The notes under the pieces are model-generated. The model was given only the letters and a program-made list of their open reading frames with translations, made no database searches and was not told where the DNA came from. DNA of 24,000 nucleotides from contig JBASRK010000048.1 of NCBI GenBank assembly GCA_049273775.1, positions 1-24,000 of the forward strand, written 5' to 3'. This stretch comes from Candidatus Acidiferrales bacterium (GTDB lineage: Bacteria > Acidobacteriota > Terriglobia > Acidiferrales > UBA7541). Numbering within the stretch: position 1 is the first letter of the stretch; every line of letters begins with the position of its first letter. The translations under genes were made by a program, and so were the position numbers. Below, one piece after another: positions 1-7,834 of the stretch.

Positions 1-269
1 CACGTTACGGCTCGACGCGGATCACGCTCCCCGCGCCAGGCACCGAAGACGACGACCACAATCCGCCCCGCGTCAAAGCGCGGCACCTGTTCGACATCAG
101 CGCCGGCACGGACAATCTCTTCCACGGGGACCGTTACAGGTGGAGTCTGAAGTTCACGGTCATCAACCTGACCAACAAAGTGGCGCTGTACAATTTCCTG
201 TCCACGTTCAGCGGGACGCACTTTGTCACACCGCGGACCTATACGGGCGAGTTGGGTTTCCACTTCTGA
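1..269 (+). CDS. TonB-dependent receptor / outer-membrane beta-barrel protein, C-terminal fragment (5' end lies outside the window)
   Basis: The frame starting at nt 3 is open from the window edge to TGA at 267-269. It translates to ...RWSLKFTVINLTNKVALYNFLSTFSGTHFVTPRTYTGELGFHF*. The alternating beta-strand pattern and terminal aromatic Phe are the usual OM beta-barrel/TBDR C-terminal signature. Confidence 0.55.
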   Translation, partial: RYGSTRITLPAPGTEDDDHNPPRVKARHLFDISAGTDNLFHGDRYRWSLKFTVINLTNKVALYNFLSTFSGTHFVTPRTYTGELGFHF

Positions 270-417
270 TGCTGTGACATGGACGGCTGGGCGGCCCCCC
301 GCGAAGGCTCGCTATCCTAGGGCAAGTGCAGAGGATAACCGATAGTAGGCTGGTTTCCTGGAAGGGCGTTTCCCCGGCGCGATCCTGATGGGTTGTGCTA
401 CGGGCTGTTATCTCGAG

Positions 418-2259
418 CTATCTGGCAGCGCCGACGCCTGGACTGGCGCGGATCTGCTGCCAGCGACGCGGCCGGCGTTTCCCATCGAGGACCTTTTTGC
501 GAAGGCGAATGAATTTCGGTGTGACCTCAACATATTCGTCATCGGCGATGAACTCGATCGCCGATTCCAGAGTCAGCACCCGGTGCGGCACGAGACGAAT
601 GGCTTCGTCAGCGGTGGAAGCCCGCATGTTGGTCTGCTTTTTTTCTTTGGTCACGTTGACGTCCATATCGGCCTCGCGCGCATTTTCCCCTACAATCATG
701 CCCTCATAGACCTCGGTGCCCGGGCCGACAAACAGCTCACCGCGCTCCTGCAGGTTCCACAGCGCGAAAGCGGTCGTTTCCCCGACACGATCCGCCACCA
801 GCGCGCCGGTGGTGCGCGAAGCGAGCTCGCCCGCATACTCCGTCCAGCCATCAAACAAAGAATGCAGCAGCGCCGTGCCGCGGGTATCGGTCATGAGCTG
901 GCCGCGCAAGCCGATCAAACCGCGCGAGGGGATGCGGAACTCCAGGCGCACGCGTCCGGAGCCGTGATTCACCACTTTCCCGAGCGCGCCGCGGCGGCTG
1001 CCCAGCGTTTCCATCACGATGCCGATAAACGACTCGGGGCAATCCACGATGAGCTGCTCTATCGGCTCGAGCCGGCGGCCGTTTTCGGTACGCACAACGA
1101 TTTCCGGCTTGCCGACCATCAGCTCGTAGCCTTCGCGGCGCATCGTTTCAATCAGGATCGCGAGCTGGAGCTCGCCGCGCCCGAGCACGCGAAATGCGTC
1201 GGTCGTGTCCATGTCTTCCACGCGGATCGAAACGTTGGTCAGCAGCTCCTTTTGCAGACGTTCGCGAATGTCGGGCGACGTCACCCGATTCCCCTCGCGG
1301 CCGGCCAGCGGGGACGTGTTCACCATGAAGATCATTGCCAGCGTGGGCTCATCGATGGTCAACGGCTCGCACGGCGCGGGATGCTCGAGGTCTGTGATGG
1401 TTTCGCCGATTTGAATGCCCTCGACCCCGGCAATCGCCACGATATCGCCGCAGGTCACCTCATCGGCCTCATCGCGCTGCAGTCCGCGGAACGTATACAG
1501 CTTGGTGATGACCGTGGGCACGAACTCGCCGGAAAGCTTGGCAATCCCCACCTGCGCACCGCGACGAAGCGTGCCGTTGAACACGCGACCAATCGCGATG
1601 CGTCCGAGAAAATCGCTGTAGTCGAGGTTGGTTACCTGAATCTGCAAAGCATTCGCAGCATCACCGGACGGCGCAGGAATCGCTGCAACGATCGTCTCAA
1701 ACAGCGGCTGGAGATTCGTCGAAGCGTCGGTCAATGCGCGATGGGCCACGCCGGTTTTTGCATTCGTGTAGAGGACGGGAAAATCGAGTTGATCTTCCGC
1801 GGCGTCGAGATCGATAAAAAGGTCGTAGATTTCGTCGAGAACCGCATTTGTACGAGCATCGGCTCGGTCGATCTTATTGAGCAGCACGATGGGGGGCAAA
1901 CGGGCCTGCAAGGCCTTTTGCAGCACATAGCGCGTCTGCGGAAGCGGGCCTTCGCTGGCGTCAACCAGAAGGAGCACGCCGTCAACCATGCGCAGCGCGC
2001 GTTCAACCTCACCGCCGAAGTCGCTGTGGCCCGGCGTATCAACAATATTGATTTTCGTGCCCTGGTACCACAACGCGGTGTTTTTGGCCAGAATGGTGAT
2101 GCCGCGCTCGCGCTCGAGGTCGTTCGAGTCCATCACCCGCTCGACGACGGCCTGATTCTCGCGGAAAATGCCGCTCTGGCGCAGCATGGCGTCCAGGAGC
2201 GTCGTCTTGCCGTGGTCCACGTGAGCGATGATCGCGATGTTGCGGACGGACTGCGTCAT
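418..2259 (-). CDS. typA: Translational GTPase TypA/BipA
   Basis: 613 aa ORF. The N-terminus is [26 protein letters not shown] (G1 motif), followed by [12 protein letters not shown] (G3) and NKIDR (G4). Length and EF-G-like domain order are typical of BipA. Confidence 0.95.
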   Translation of the reverse strand: MTQSVRNIAIIAHVDHGKTTLLDAMLRQSGIFRENQAVVERVMDSNDLERERGITILAKNTALWYQGTKINIVDTPGHSDFGGEVERALRMVDGVLLLVDASEGPLPQTRYVLQKALQARLPPIVLLNKIDRADARTNAVLDEIYDLFIDLDAAEDQLDFPVLYTNAKTGVAHRALTDASTNLQPLFETIVAAIPAPSGDAANALQIQVTNLDYSDFLGRIAIGRVFNGTLRRGAQVGIAKLSGEFVPTVITKLYTFRGLQRDEADEVTCGDIVAIAGVEGIQIGETITDLEHPAPCEPLTIDEPTLAMIFMVNTSPLAGREGNRVTSPDIRERLQKELLTNVSIRVEDMDTTDAFRVLGRGELQLAILIETMRREGYELMVGKPEIVVRTENGRRLEPIEQLIVDCPESFIGIVMETLGSRRGALGKVVNHGSGRVRLEFRIPSRGLIGLRGQLMTDTRGTALLHSLFDGWTEYAGELASRTTGALVADRVGETTAFALWNLQERGELFVGPGTEVYEGMIVGENAREADMDVNVTKEKKQTNMRASTADEAIRLVPHRVLTLESAIEFIADDEYVEVTPKFIRLRKKVLDGKRRPRRWQQIRASPGVGAAR

Positions 2260-2406
2260 GCCTTAGTCATTCTCCTTCGTGCGCCGCATTCGCTCGTTCG
2301 GGCTCGGAGCGACTGCGATAGGCGGCGGTGGGCTTCCCCGAGTTCACCAGGAGATCGCCAAAGGGGCCAGCCGCTCCGCCACAGCGCGAGGCCCCCGCAA
2401 ACGAAA

Positions 2407-2434
2407 GGGGCTGCAAGCCCGACCTTGCAGCCCC
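2407..2434 (-). terminator. Strong GC hairpin followed by a U-rich tract on the minus strand (intrinsic-terminator-like)
   Basis: GGGGCTGCAAG (2407-2417) and CTTGCAGCCCC (2424-2434) form an 11 bp perfect stem with a 6 nt loop. On the minus strand it is followed by TTTCGTTTG. It lies about 145 nt upstream of the typA start. Confidence 0.4.
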
Positions 2435-2486
2435 CCTGCAAAAGTCATTCATCGAACTGCTTTACAAAAGCAATAAACGCAATGAC

Positions 2487-2515
2487 ATTCTATCACCTAG
2501 CCCGACGATTGGCTA
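2487..2515 (-). promoter_or_regulatory. Candidate sigma70-type promoter, minus strand (TAGCCA-N17-TAGAAT)
   Basis: On the minus strand the -35 TAGCCA is at 2515-2510 and the -10 TAGAAT at 2492-2487, with a 17 nt spacer. It sits in the only AT-rich patch of the typA upstream region. Confidence 0.3.
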
Positions 2516-2686
2516 CCTCTCACGTAGGGTGCCTCATAATGAGTCACTGCCCTCGCGTAACAGCGCTCCAGACAAATGGGGAATGAAAAGTCGGGATCTC
2601 GTCCCTTGGGTTCGCCTGGAAGATCGCTGACGATAAGGGCGTTTCTCGGGAAGCGGGACCTGCCATCAGGAGCGTCGCACGGTTGC

Positions 2687-3481
2687 TCACCTTTTGCGCG
2701 CTTGCGCCACCATATCTACCAGAACGTTTCGGGCTTCCGCCGGAGTGCTCACTTCCCGCAAGAATGCGATGCGCGCACCACGCGTGCCATCTTGGGTTTT
2801 CAAGCGTACGTGAAAGCCGAGACGGTCGACCGAAGTCATCGTCACTTCCTGAGACTCAATCCCGGCAAATGCCCGGGCAAGCAGGATGAGCGCATCCCCG
2901 TGATCGGTATTCATGTGCTGGAGGATGTCGGTTGCAGCGTCAGCCAGCGGGTCGGGTTGCCCGCGGTAATATTCCGAGGCGGAGACCCAGCCCATCACCC
3001 CGAAGCCGCCCACGTAGTAAACGTCCACCACGTCCATGCGGTAAAAGGAAAAGTCTTCGAAGTCCACCCAGTATTTGCTGTTGGCGTAGCGTGCCAAGTA
3101 GAGCGTACGTGCTTCCGCCACACCTGGTTCAGGCACCGGCAGCACATTTCCAAGCAACGTAACTCTGGACGCCCCCAGGGGATCGCCGCTGGCGTCAGGC
3201 TGGGTCACGAGCAGGCTGGCGTGCGGGTTCGCCTGCAAGTTTTGGGAATGCATGGCCATCGTGCTGATGAGGAAGAGGGGATGCCCGTGGTCGTCCAGCC
3301 CATAGGGCATCACCGATCCGAAGGGGAAACCCGGCTGCTTGCGTGAAAGGGTCGAGAGGCTGCCGATGCGGCCCGAGTACACCAAAGTGCGTGCCCGCTC
3401 GGCAAAGGAAGGCTCGGCGACCGTAGGCTGGTCACTCGCCGCGCTAGGGTCCGCGTGTTTTCCTGTGGATGAAGAAGGCAT
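2687..3481 (-). CDS. HugZ-like pyridoxamine-5'-phosphate-oxidase-fold protein with a C-terminal DUF2470-like domain (putative heme-binding/heme-degrading)
   Basis: 264 aa ORF. The N-terminal half (ARTLVYSGRIGSLSTLSRKQPGFPFGSVMPYGLDDHGHPLFLISTMAMHSQNL) resembles the split-barrel FMN/heme-binding fold. The C-terminal DILQHMNTDHGDALILLARAF...TMTSVDRLGFHVRL resembles DUF2470. Confidence 0.75.
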   Translation of the reverse strand: MPSSSTGKHADPSAASDQPTVAEPSFAERARTLVYSGRIGSLSTLSRKQPGFPFGSVMPYGLDDHGHPLFLISTMAMHSQNLQANPHASLLVTQPDASGDPLGASRVTLLGNVLPVPEPGVAEARTLYLARYANSKYWVDFEDFSFYRMDVVDVYYVGGFGVMGWVSASEYYRGQPDPLADAATDILQHMNTDHGDALILLARAFAGIESQEVTMTSVDRLGFHVRLKTQDGTRGARIAFLREVSTPAEARNVLVDMVAQARKR

Positions 3482-3623
3482 CGCTGCTCGCCCGCAAGAG
3501 TTTGAACAATTATCCGGGAGTTCCCCGTGCCCCGGGTCCTTAGAAACAAGCTAACACGTCGAGGCTTGAGCTGCCCGTTTAAAGTGGGCCGTTTCACGGT
3601 TGCCTGATCAGGGCACATAGAAG

Positions 3624-3651
3624 TTGACCGCGTCGGCTGCGGGGCTACAAT
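3624..3651 (+). promoter_or_regulatory. Near-consensus sigma70 promoter TTGACC-N16-TACAAT
   Basis: TTGACC is at 3624-3629 and TACAAT at 3646-3651, with a 16 nt spacer. A match this close to consensus stands out in GC-rich DNA. The predicted TSS is about 3658. Confidence 0.5.
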
Positions 3652-3657
3652 GGAGGC

Positions 3658-3862
3658 GGAGTCGGCCTGCGACGCGCGTGCTGGAGCGATGATCGATTGA
3701 ACCAACACTGGACCTTCGGGAGCCCAAGTCGTCCTGCGGTTGCGCATGGCCTGCGCGCCGATCACTCGGCACACAGGAAAGCCTGAAGCAGGCGCAGGGC
3801 ACCCACCTGGAAACGGGGTTCAGGATCTAGCTTCACACGGCGAAGCGGACCACTCCTTTTTT
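3658..3862 (+). ncRNA. Candidate structured small RNA, about 205 nt, with a rod-like closing helix (possibly 6S-like; identity unproven)
   Basis: The region starts at the predicted TSS of the 3624-3651 promoter and ends in T6 at 3857-3862. The 5' 37 nt (3658-3694) can pair with the 33 nt just before the T-run (3824-3856), giving about 27 bp with small bulges. The core holds several local hairpins, including a C(UUCG)G tetraloop at 3714-3719. No credible ORF is present. Confidence 0.4.
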
Positions 3863-3929
3863 GTTGTGGGCAGGCCGGGGCTTGATCTCGGGGGTTCCAG
3901 CCTCCAGCCGCCGGCTTCTAACCTCCTGA

Positions 3930-4733
3930 ATGCGTATCCTGTTCATCGGCGACATTGTGGGCTCGCCCGGCCGGCACATCGTGGTCGAGCGGCTGGCGGA
4001 TATCGTCGCGCAGCATCGGGTGGACCTGGTGATCGCCAACGTGGAGAATGCCGCCTCGGGCTTCGGCATCACGCCGCGGCTGGCCGAAGAGCTGCTCGAG
4101 GCCGGCGTCGAAGTTCTTTCCGGCGGCAACCACATCTGGGACCGCAAGGAGATCCTCGACTACTTCCCGCACCAGCCGCGCCTGCTGCGCCCGGCCAACT
4201 ACCCCGACAGCTCCCCTGGCAGCGGGCTCTACATCGGAGCCGCCAAAAACGGCGTACGCTACGCCGTGCTAAACCTTCAGGGCCGCGTCTTCATGGCCTC
4301 GATTGACTGCCCGTTTCGCACCGCCGACCGGGAACTCGCGCGCATCCCGGCCGAGGTCGGAGTGGTGATTGTGGACATGCACGCCGAGACCACCAGCGAG
4401 AAGCTGGCGATGGGGTGGCACCTGGACGGCCGGGTCACCGCAATGGTGGGCACGCACACCCATGTGGCCACCGCCGACGAGCGGATCCTGCCGCAAGGCG
4501 CCGCCTACATCACCGACGTGGGCATGACCGGCCCGCACGACTCGGTCATCGGCATGGACAAGGCCGGCATCCTGAAGCGCTTCCTGGACGGGCTGCCGGC
4601 GCGCTTTGAAGTCGCCGAGGGCGATGTGCAGATGAATACGGTGCTGCTCGAGGTGGACGAGGCCGGCGATCTCGGCCCCGCAGGCCGGGCGCGCGCCCGC
4701 TCCATCGAGCGCCTGCGGTTCCGCATCGACTAA
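3930..4733 (+). CDS. ymdB: YmdB-family metallophosphoesterase (2',3'-cyclic-nucleotide phosphodiesterase type)
   Basis: 267 aa ORF. The N-terminus is MRILFIGDIVGSPGR, followed by VIANVENAASGFGIT, GNHIWD, VDMHAETTSEK and GTHTHV. These are the metal-binding motifs and order typical of the YmdB/TIGR00282 family. Confidence 0.9.
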   Translation: MRILFIGDIVGSPGRHIVVERLADIVAQHRVDLVIANVENAASGFGITPRLAEELLEAGVEVLSGGNHIWDRKEILDYFPHQPRLLRPANYPDSSPGSGLYIGAAKNGVRYAVLNLQGRVFMASIDCPFRTADRELARIPAEVGVVIVDMHAETTSEKLAMGWHLDGRVTAMVGTHTHVATADERILPQGAAYITDVGMTGPHDSVIGMDKAGILKRFLDGLPARFEVAEGDVQMNTVLLEVDEAGDLGPAGRARARSIERLRFRID

Positions 4734-4739
4734 CCCGCT

Positions 4740-4769
4740 TTGTCTCAGGGCGTCTGCCGAACGTATAAT
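4740..4769 (+). promoter_or_regulatory. Candidate promoter TTGTCT-N18-TATAAT just upstream of the NHL-protein start
   Basis: A perfect TATAAT lies at 4764-4769 and TTGTCT at 4740-4745. The -10 ends 9 nt before the GTG at 4779. Confidence 0.3.
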
Positions 4770-4778
4770 CCTCGGCCT

Positions 4779-5786
4779 GTGCTGCGGCGATTCCTACTGA
4801 CGGAACTCTTGTTTTCCTGGGTGCTTGTCGCGCCCTCCGGCGCCCAGGTTGAAACCGAACTGCTGGCTCGCGGGCGTGTCTTCCCCGAGGTGGGTCCCGG
4901 GATTCGCGCCGTCAAGCGCGACGCCGGCGGCCGCTACTACATCCTGGCTTCGCCCGGGACCGCAGTGATCGTTTATGACGCTGCGGGGCAACGGGTGGGC
5001 CTGATCCCCCGGCTTGCGGCAATTCCGGGCGCGCCCATCCCGCCGGTAACCAAAGACGCGCCGCTGGTTTATGGCGACGACCTCGACGTGGATGCCGCGG
5101 GCCGCCTTTACATCGCCGACCGCGGCGCCAACGCCGTCAAGGTGTTCGCGACCGAAGGCACGCTCGCGCTCATCATCCCCATCGCGGCGCCCACCTCGGT
5201 CGCGGCGCTCCCCGAGGGAGAAATCGCGGTGGCCAGCGCGAAGTCGTCGCGGCTGGTCTCGGTGTTCGACGCTCACGGCAAGGTGGTCCGCGAGTTCGGC
5301 GACCCCACCGAGATCGCGGAACGCGGCGAGCTGAACCGCTTCCTCAATATCGGCCGGCTGGCCACCGACCCGGCCGGCCACATCTATTACGCGTTCAGCT
5401 ACCTGCCCGAGCCTACCGTCCGGAAATACGACCACCACGGCTATGCGGCGTTTGAGCTCCAGTTGACCAGCCTCGAGTTTCAGCCCGCGGCGCAAGCGGC
5501 GCGGCGCGAGATCGACCGCCAGGCGCGCCGCGGCGCTCCGGCGCTGAAGCCCATTGTGACGGCGGTGGCGGTGGAGCCCGCGACGCAGGAGATCTGGGTG
5601 GCGCTGGGCGGCTTGCTGCTGCACTTCGACCGCGAGGGAAACCGTCGGGGCACCTATCGCACGTTCACGCCGGAGGGCTCGCGCCTGGAAGCCACGGCGA
5701 TCCTCGTCGAGCCGGACCGGCTGTTGCTGGCCTCCGACCCTCTTGGAATTTACGAATTCCCCCGCCCCGACAAGAAGCGGCCGTAG
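4779..5786 (+). CDS. Secreted NHL-repeat / beta-propeller protein (function unknown)
   Basis: The ORF track starts at TTG 4740. The in-frame GTG at 4779 gives VLRRFLLTELLFSWVLVAPSGAQ, which looks like a signal peptide. DVDAAGRLYIADRGANAVKVF and repeated Y-x-hydrophobic segments are NHL-like propeller blades. Start codon is uncertain (4740 or 4779). Confidence 0.7.
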   Translation: MLRRFLLTELLFSWVLVAPSGAQVETELLARGRVFPEVGPGIRAVKRDAGGRYYILASPGTAVIVYDAAGQRVGLIPRLAAIPGAPIPPVTKDAPLVYGDDLDVDAAGRLYIADRGANAVKVFATEGTLALIIPIAAPTSVAALPEGEIAVASAKSSRLVSVFDAHGKVVREFGDPTEIAERGELNRFLNIGRLATDPAGHIYYAFSYLPEPTVRKYDHHGYAAFELQLTSLEFQPAAQAARREIDRQARRGAPALKPIVTAVAVEPATQEIWVALGGLLLHFDREGNRRGTYRTFTPEGSRLEATAILVEPDRLLLASDPLGIYEFPRPDKKRP

Positions 5787-5851
5787 TCCTCAGGCGGTTT
5801 CACGCGCTTCCTTTGCGGACACGAACTGACGAGTAACAGTTAGCCCGCCGC

Positions 5852-6013
5852 ATTGGATAAAGAGCAAAGTGGACGTATCGCCGGTGGAAACGCCCAAACT
5901 GTCTATCGGTAGTGCGCGACGCGCCGTTGTGGAAAAGCTGTGCAAAGCGTGTGTGAATCGCGTGCCTTCTTCGCGTAGTTTTCTCTTGCCCCGCGGGGTG
6001 GATTTGTGGAGAA
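5852..6013. promoter_or_regulatory. Dispersed DnaA-box-like 9-mers upstream of dnaA
   Basis: - ATTGGATAA at 5852-5860 (rc TTATCCAAT, 7/9).
- TGTGGAAAA at 5928-5936 (rc TTTTCCACA, fits TTWTNCACA).
- TGTGGAGAA at 6005-6013 (rc TTCTCCACA, 8/9).
- Weaker GGTGGAAAC at 5883-5891. Confidence 0.45.
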
Positions 6014-6154
6014 TCCCGCCTCGTCCCGCTTGCGGGTTCGTTAGTCAGCACTCCTTGGGGAGTTGCGGCTCGAACTCAAGGATCAGAATCTGGGCTCGGG
6101 CTGCAGCATCCATCCCGATAACTGACAACACAGCGTGCTGGTTGCCTGGTCGGG

Positions 6155-6185
6155 TTTTCCACATCTTTTCCACACCTGTGGAAAT
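6155..6185. promoter_or_regulatory. Tight cluster of three DnaA boxes 46-76 nt upstream of the dnaA start (autoregulatory and/or oriC element)
   Basis: TTTTCCACA at 6155-6163, TTTTCCACA at 6166-6174, and inverted TGTGGAAAT at 6177-6185 (rc ATTTCCACA). The boxes are separated by 2 nt each. Confidence 0.65.
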
Positions 6186-6230
6186 GGTTCGCGGGGCCCT
6201 CGCAGCGCCTGAGGTGAGCAGAGTCGCACC

Positions 6231-7547
6231 ATGAATGCCTGGGACAAAATCCTCCAGCACATGGAACGCCGGGTGAACCCGCACAGCTTCGCCACCTGGT
6301 TCCGCCCCACCCGGCAGGAAGGCGCCGAGAACGGCAAGCTGGTGATCCGCGTGCCGACGCGCCTGTTCCGCAAGCGGCTGACGGAAACATACGGTGAGCT
6401 GCTGCAGGCGGTCCTGTTTGAAGTGGGCATGCCGGATACGCGCCTGGAGTTCTTCTGCTCGGAGCCCGAGGCCGCCGCGGGCGCCGGGGCGCTCGCGGCC
6501 AAGCAGGCCCGGCTCGATTTTGATTCGGTGGACCACCAGCTCAGCCCGCGCTATATCTTCGACACGTTTGTCGTGGGGGCATCGAACCAGTTCGCCCATG
6601 CCGCCTCGCTGGCCGTGGCCGAGCAGCCCTCGAAGGCCTACAACCCGCTGTTCCTCTACGGCGGGGTGGGCATGGGCAAGACCCACCTGATGCAGGCCGT
6701 CGGCCACCGGATCAAGAAGCGCAACCCCTCGACGCGGCTCACCTATATCAGCGCCGAAAAGTTCACCAACGAGGTGATCAACTCGTTGCGCTTTGACCGC
6801 ATGTCCAGCTTCCGCGACCGCTTCCGCACTGTGGATGTGCTGCTGGTGGACGATATCCAGTTCATCGCCGGCAAGGAGCGCACTCAGGAGGAGTTCTTCC
6901 ACACGTTCAACGCGCTCTACGAGCAGCAGAAGCAGATCGTGGTCTCCTCCGATTGCCCGCCGAAGGAGATCTCCGCCATTGAGGAGCGGCTGCGCTCGCG
7001 CTTCGAGTGGGGCCTGATCGCCGATATCCAGCCGCCCGACCTGGAGACCAAGATCGCCATCCTGCAGAAGAAGGCCGAAAGCGAGCGCGTGCACTTGCCC
7101 GACGAGGTGGCCGAATTCATCGCCCGCTCGATCAAATCGAATGTCCGCGAGCTCGAGGGCGCGCTGACTCGCCTGCTGGCTTACGGTTCGCTGACCGGCG
7201 CCGACATCAACCTGCCCACCGCCCAGCAGGTGCTCAAGAACATCATCGCCACGCAGGAGAAGAAGGTCACCATCGAGCTCATTCAGAAGCGCGTGGGCGA
7301 GCAGTTCGGCCTGCGCGAGCAGGACCTGAAGATGCGCAGCAATTCGAAAGCCATCGCCTTTCCCCGCCAGATCGCCATGTACCTGGTCAAGCAGCTCACC
7401 TCGGCATCGCTGCCGGAGATCGGCCGGCAGTTCGGCGGCAAGCACCATACGACGGTCCTGCACTCGATCCACAAGATCGATACCCTGCGGCGCAGTGACA
7501 AGGACCTGAACCGCACCCTCAATAAGCTGCTCGACTCGTTTGTGTAA
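6231..7547 (+). CDS. dnaA: Chromosomal replication initiator protein DnaA
   Basis: 438 aa ORF. It has Walker A GGVGMGKTHL, Walker B LLVDDIQF, sensor and box VII motifs (VVSSDCPP, RLRSRFEWGL), and the C-terminal DNA-binding signature GGKHHTTVLHSIHKI. Confidence 0.97.
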   Translation: MNAWDKILQHMERRVNPHSFATWFRPTRQEGAENGKLVIRVPTRLFRKRLTETYGELLQAVLFEVGMPDTRLEFFCSEPEAAAGAGALAAKQARLDFDSVDHQLSPRYIFDTFVVGASNQFAHAASLAVAEQPSKAYNPLFLYGGVGMGKTHLMQAVGHRIKKRNPSTRLTYISAEKFTNEVINSLRFDRMSSFRDRFRTVDVLLVDDIQFIAGKERTQEEFFHTFNALYEQQKQIVVSSDCPPKEISAIEERLRSRFEWGLIADIQPPDLETKIAILQKKAESERVHLPDEVAEFIARSIKSNVRELEGALTRLLAYGSLTGADINLPTAQQVLKNIIATQEKKVTIELIQKRVGEQFGLREQDLKMRSNSKAIAFPRQIAMYLVKQLTSASLPEIGRQFGGKHHTTVLHSIHKIDTLRRSDKDLNRTLNKLLDSFV

Positions 7548-7834
7548 TCGCGTGCAACGCCGCCACTGGCCCTCCATGCACCCGAGGAAATCCCTGTGGA
7601 GAGCCTGTGCCCTTCCTGTACAATCGGTGGATGGTTTGCGCCCGGCGGCGCTGTTTTCCGCGATTTCCGCAGGGCATCCTCTGCCAGGTACACAGGACAA
7701 TGCCTGCGCGTTGCGGCCCTTGAACTGGTTTTCAACGTTTCCACAGACGCTACGGCGACTACGGTCTTTATACCTTCTAGGAAAGAGAGTAAAGTAACCG
7801 GTTCGTAGCCGAAGAAAAGCGAGGACACCCCGCG

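Noticed and set aside
2257-2278. Four-codon uORF (ATG ACT AAG GCA TGA) on the minus strand, whose stop overlaps the typA ATG
   Set aside because: The AAGGAG element lies only about 1 nt from the uORF ATG, too close to serve it, and 12 nt from the typA ATG. There is no evidence beyond chance for so short an ORF.
388-2586. 732 aa ORF on the + strand across the typA locus
   Set aside because: It lies entirely antisense to an unmistakable TypA/BipA gene. The translation is low-complexity and R/A/G-rich with no motifs. This is a typical shadow ORF of high-GC DNA.
2596-2625. GGTTCG-containing segment checked as a possible tRNA T-arm; the same was done for GGAGTTCGAGCC at 9387-9398 and GCGGGTTCGTTAG at 6032-6044
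   Set aside because: In none of the three cases do the flanks form a 5 bp T-stem or any cloverleaf.
2576-3346. 256 aa + strand ORF opposite the HugZ-like gene
   Set aside because: It is antisense to a gene with clear family resemblance. Its product is R/H/G-rich with no motifs.
6045-7700. 551 aa ORF on the minus strand opposite dnaA
   Set aside because: It is antisense to a textbook dnaA with all its motifs. The product is L/R/A-rich and featureless, so it is a shadow ORF.
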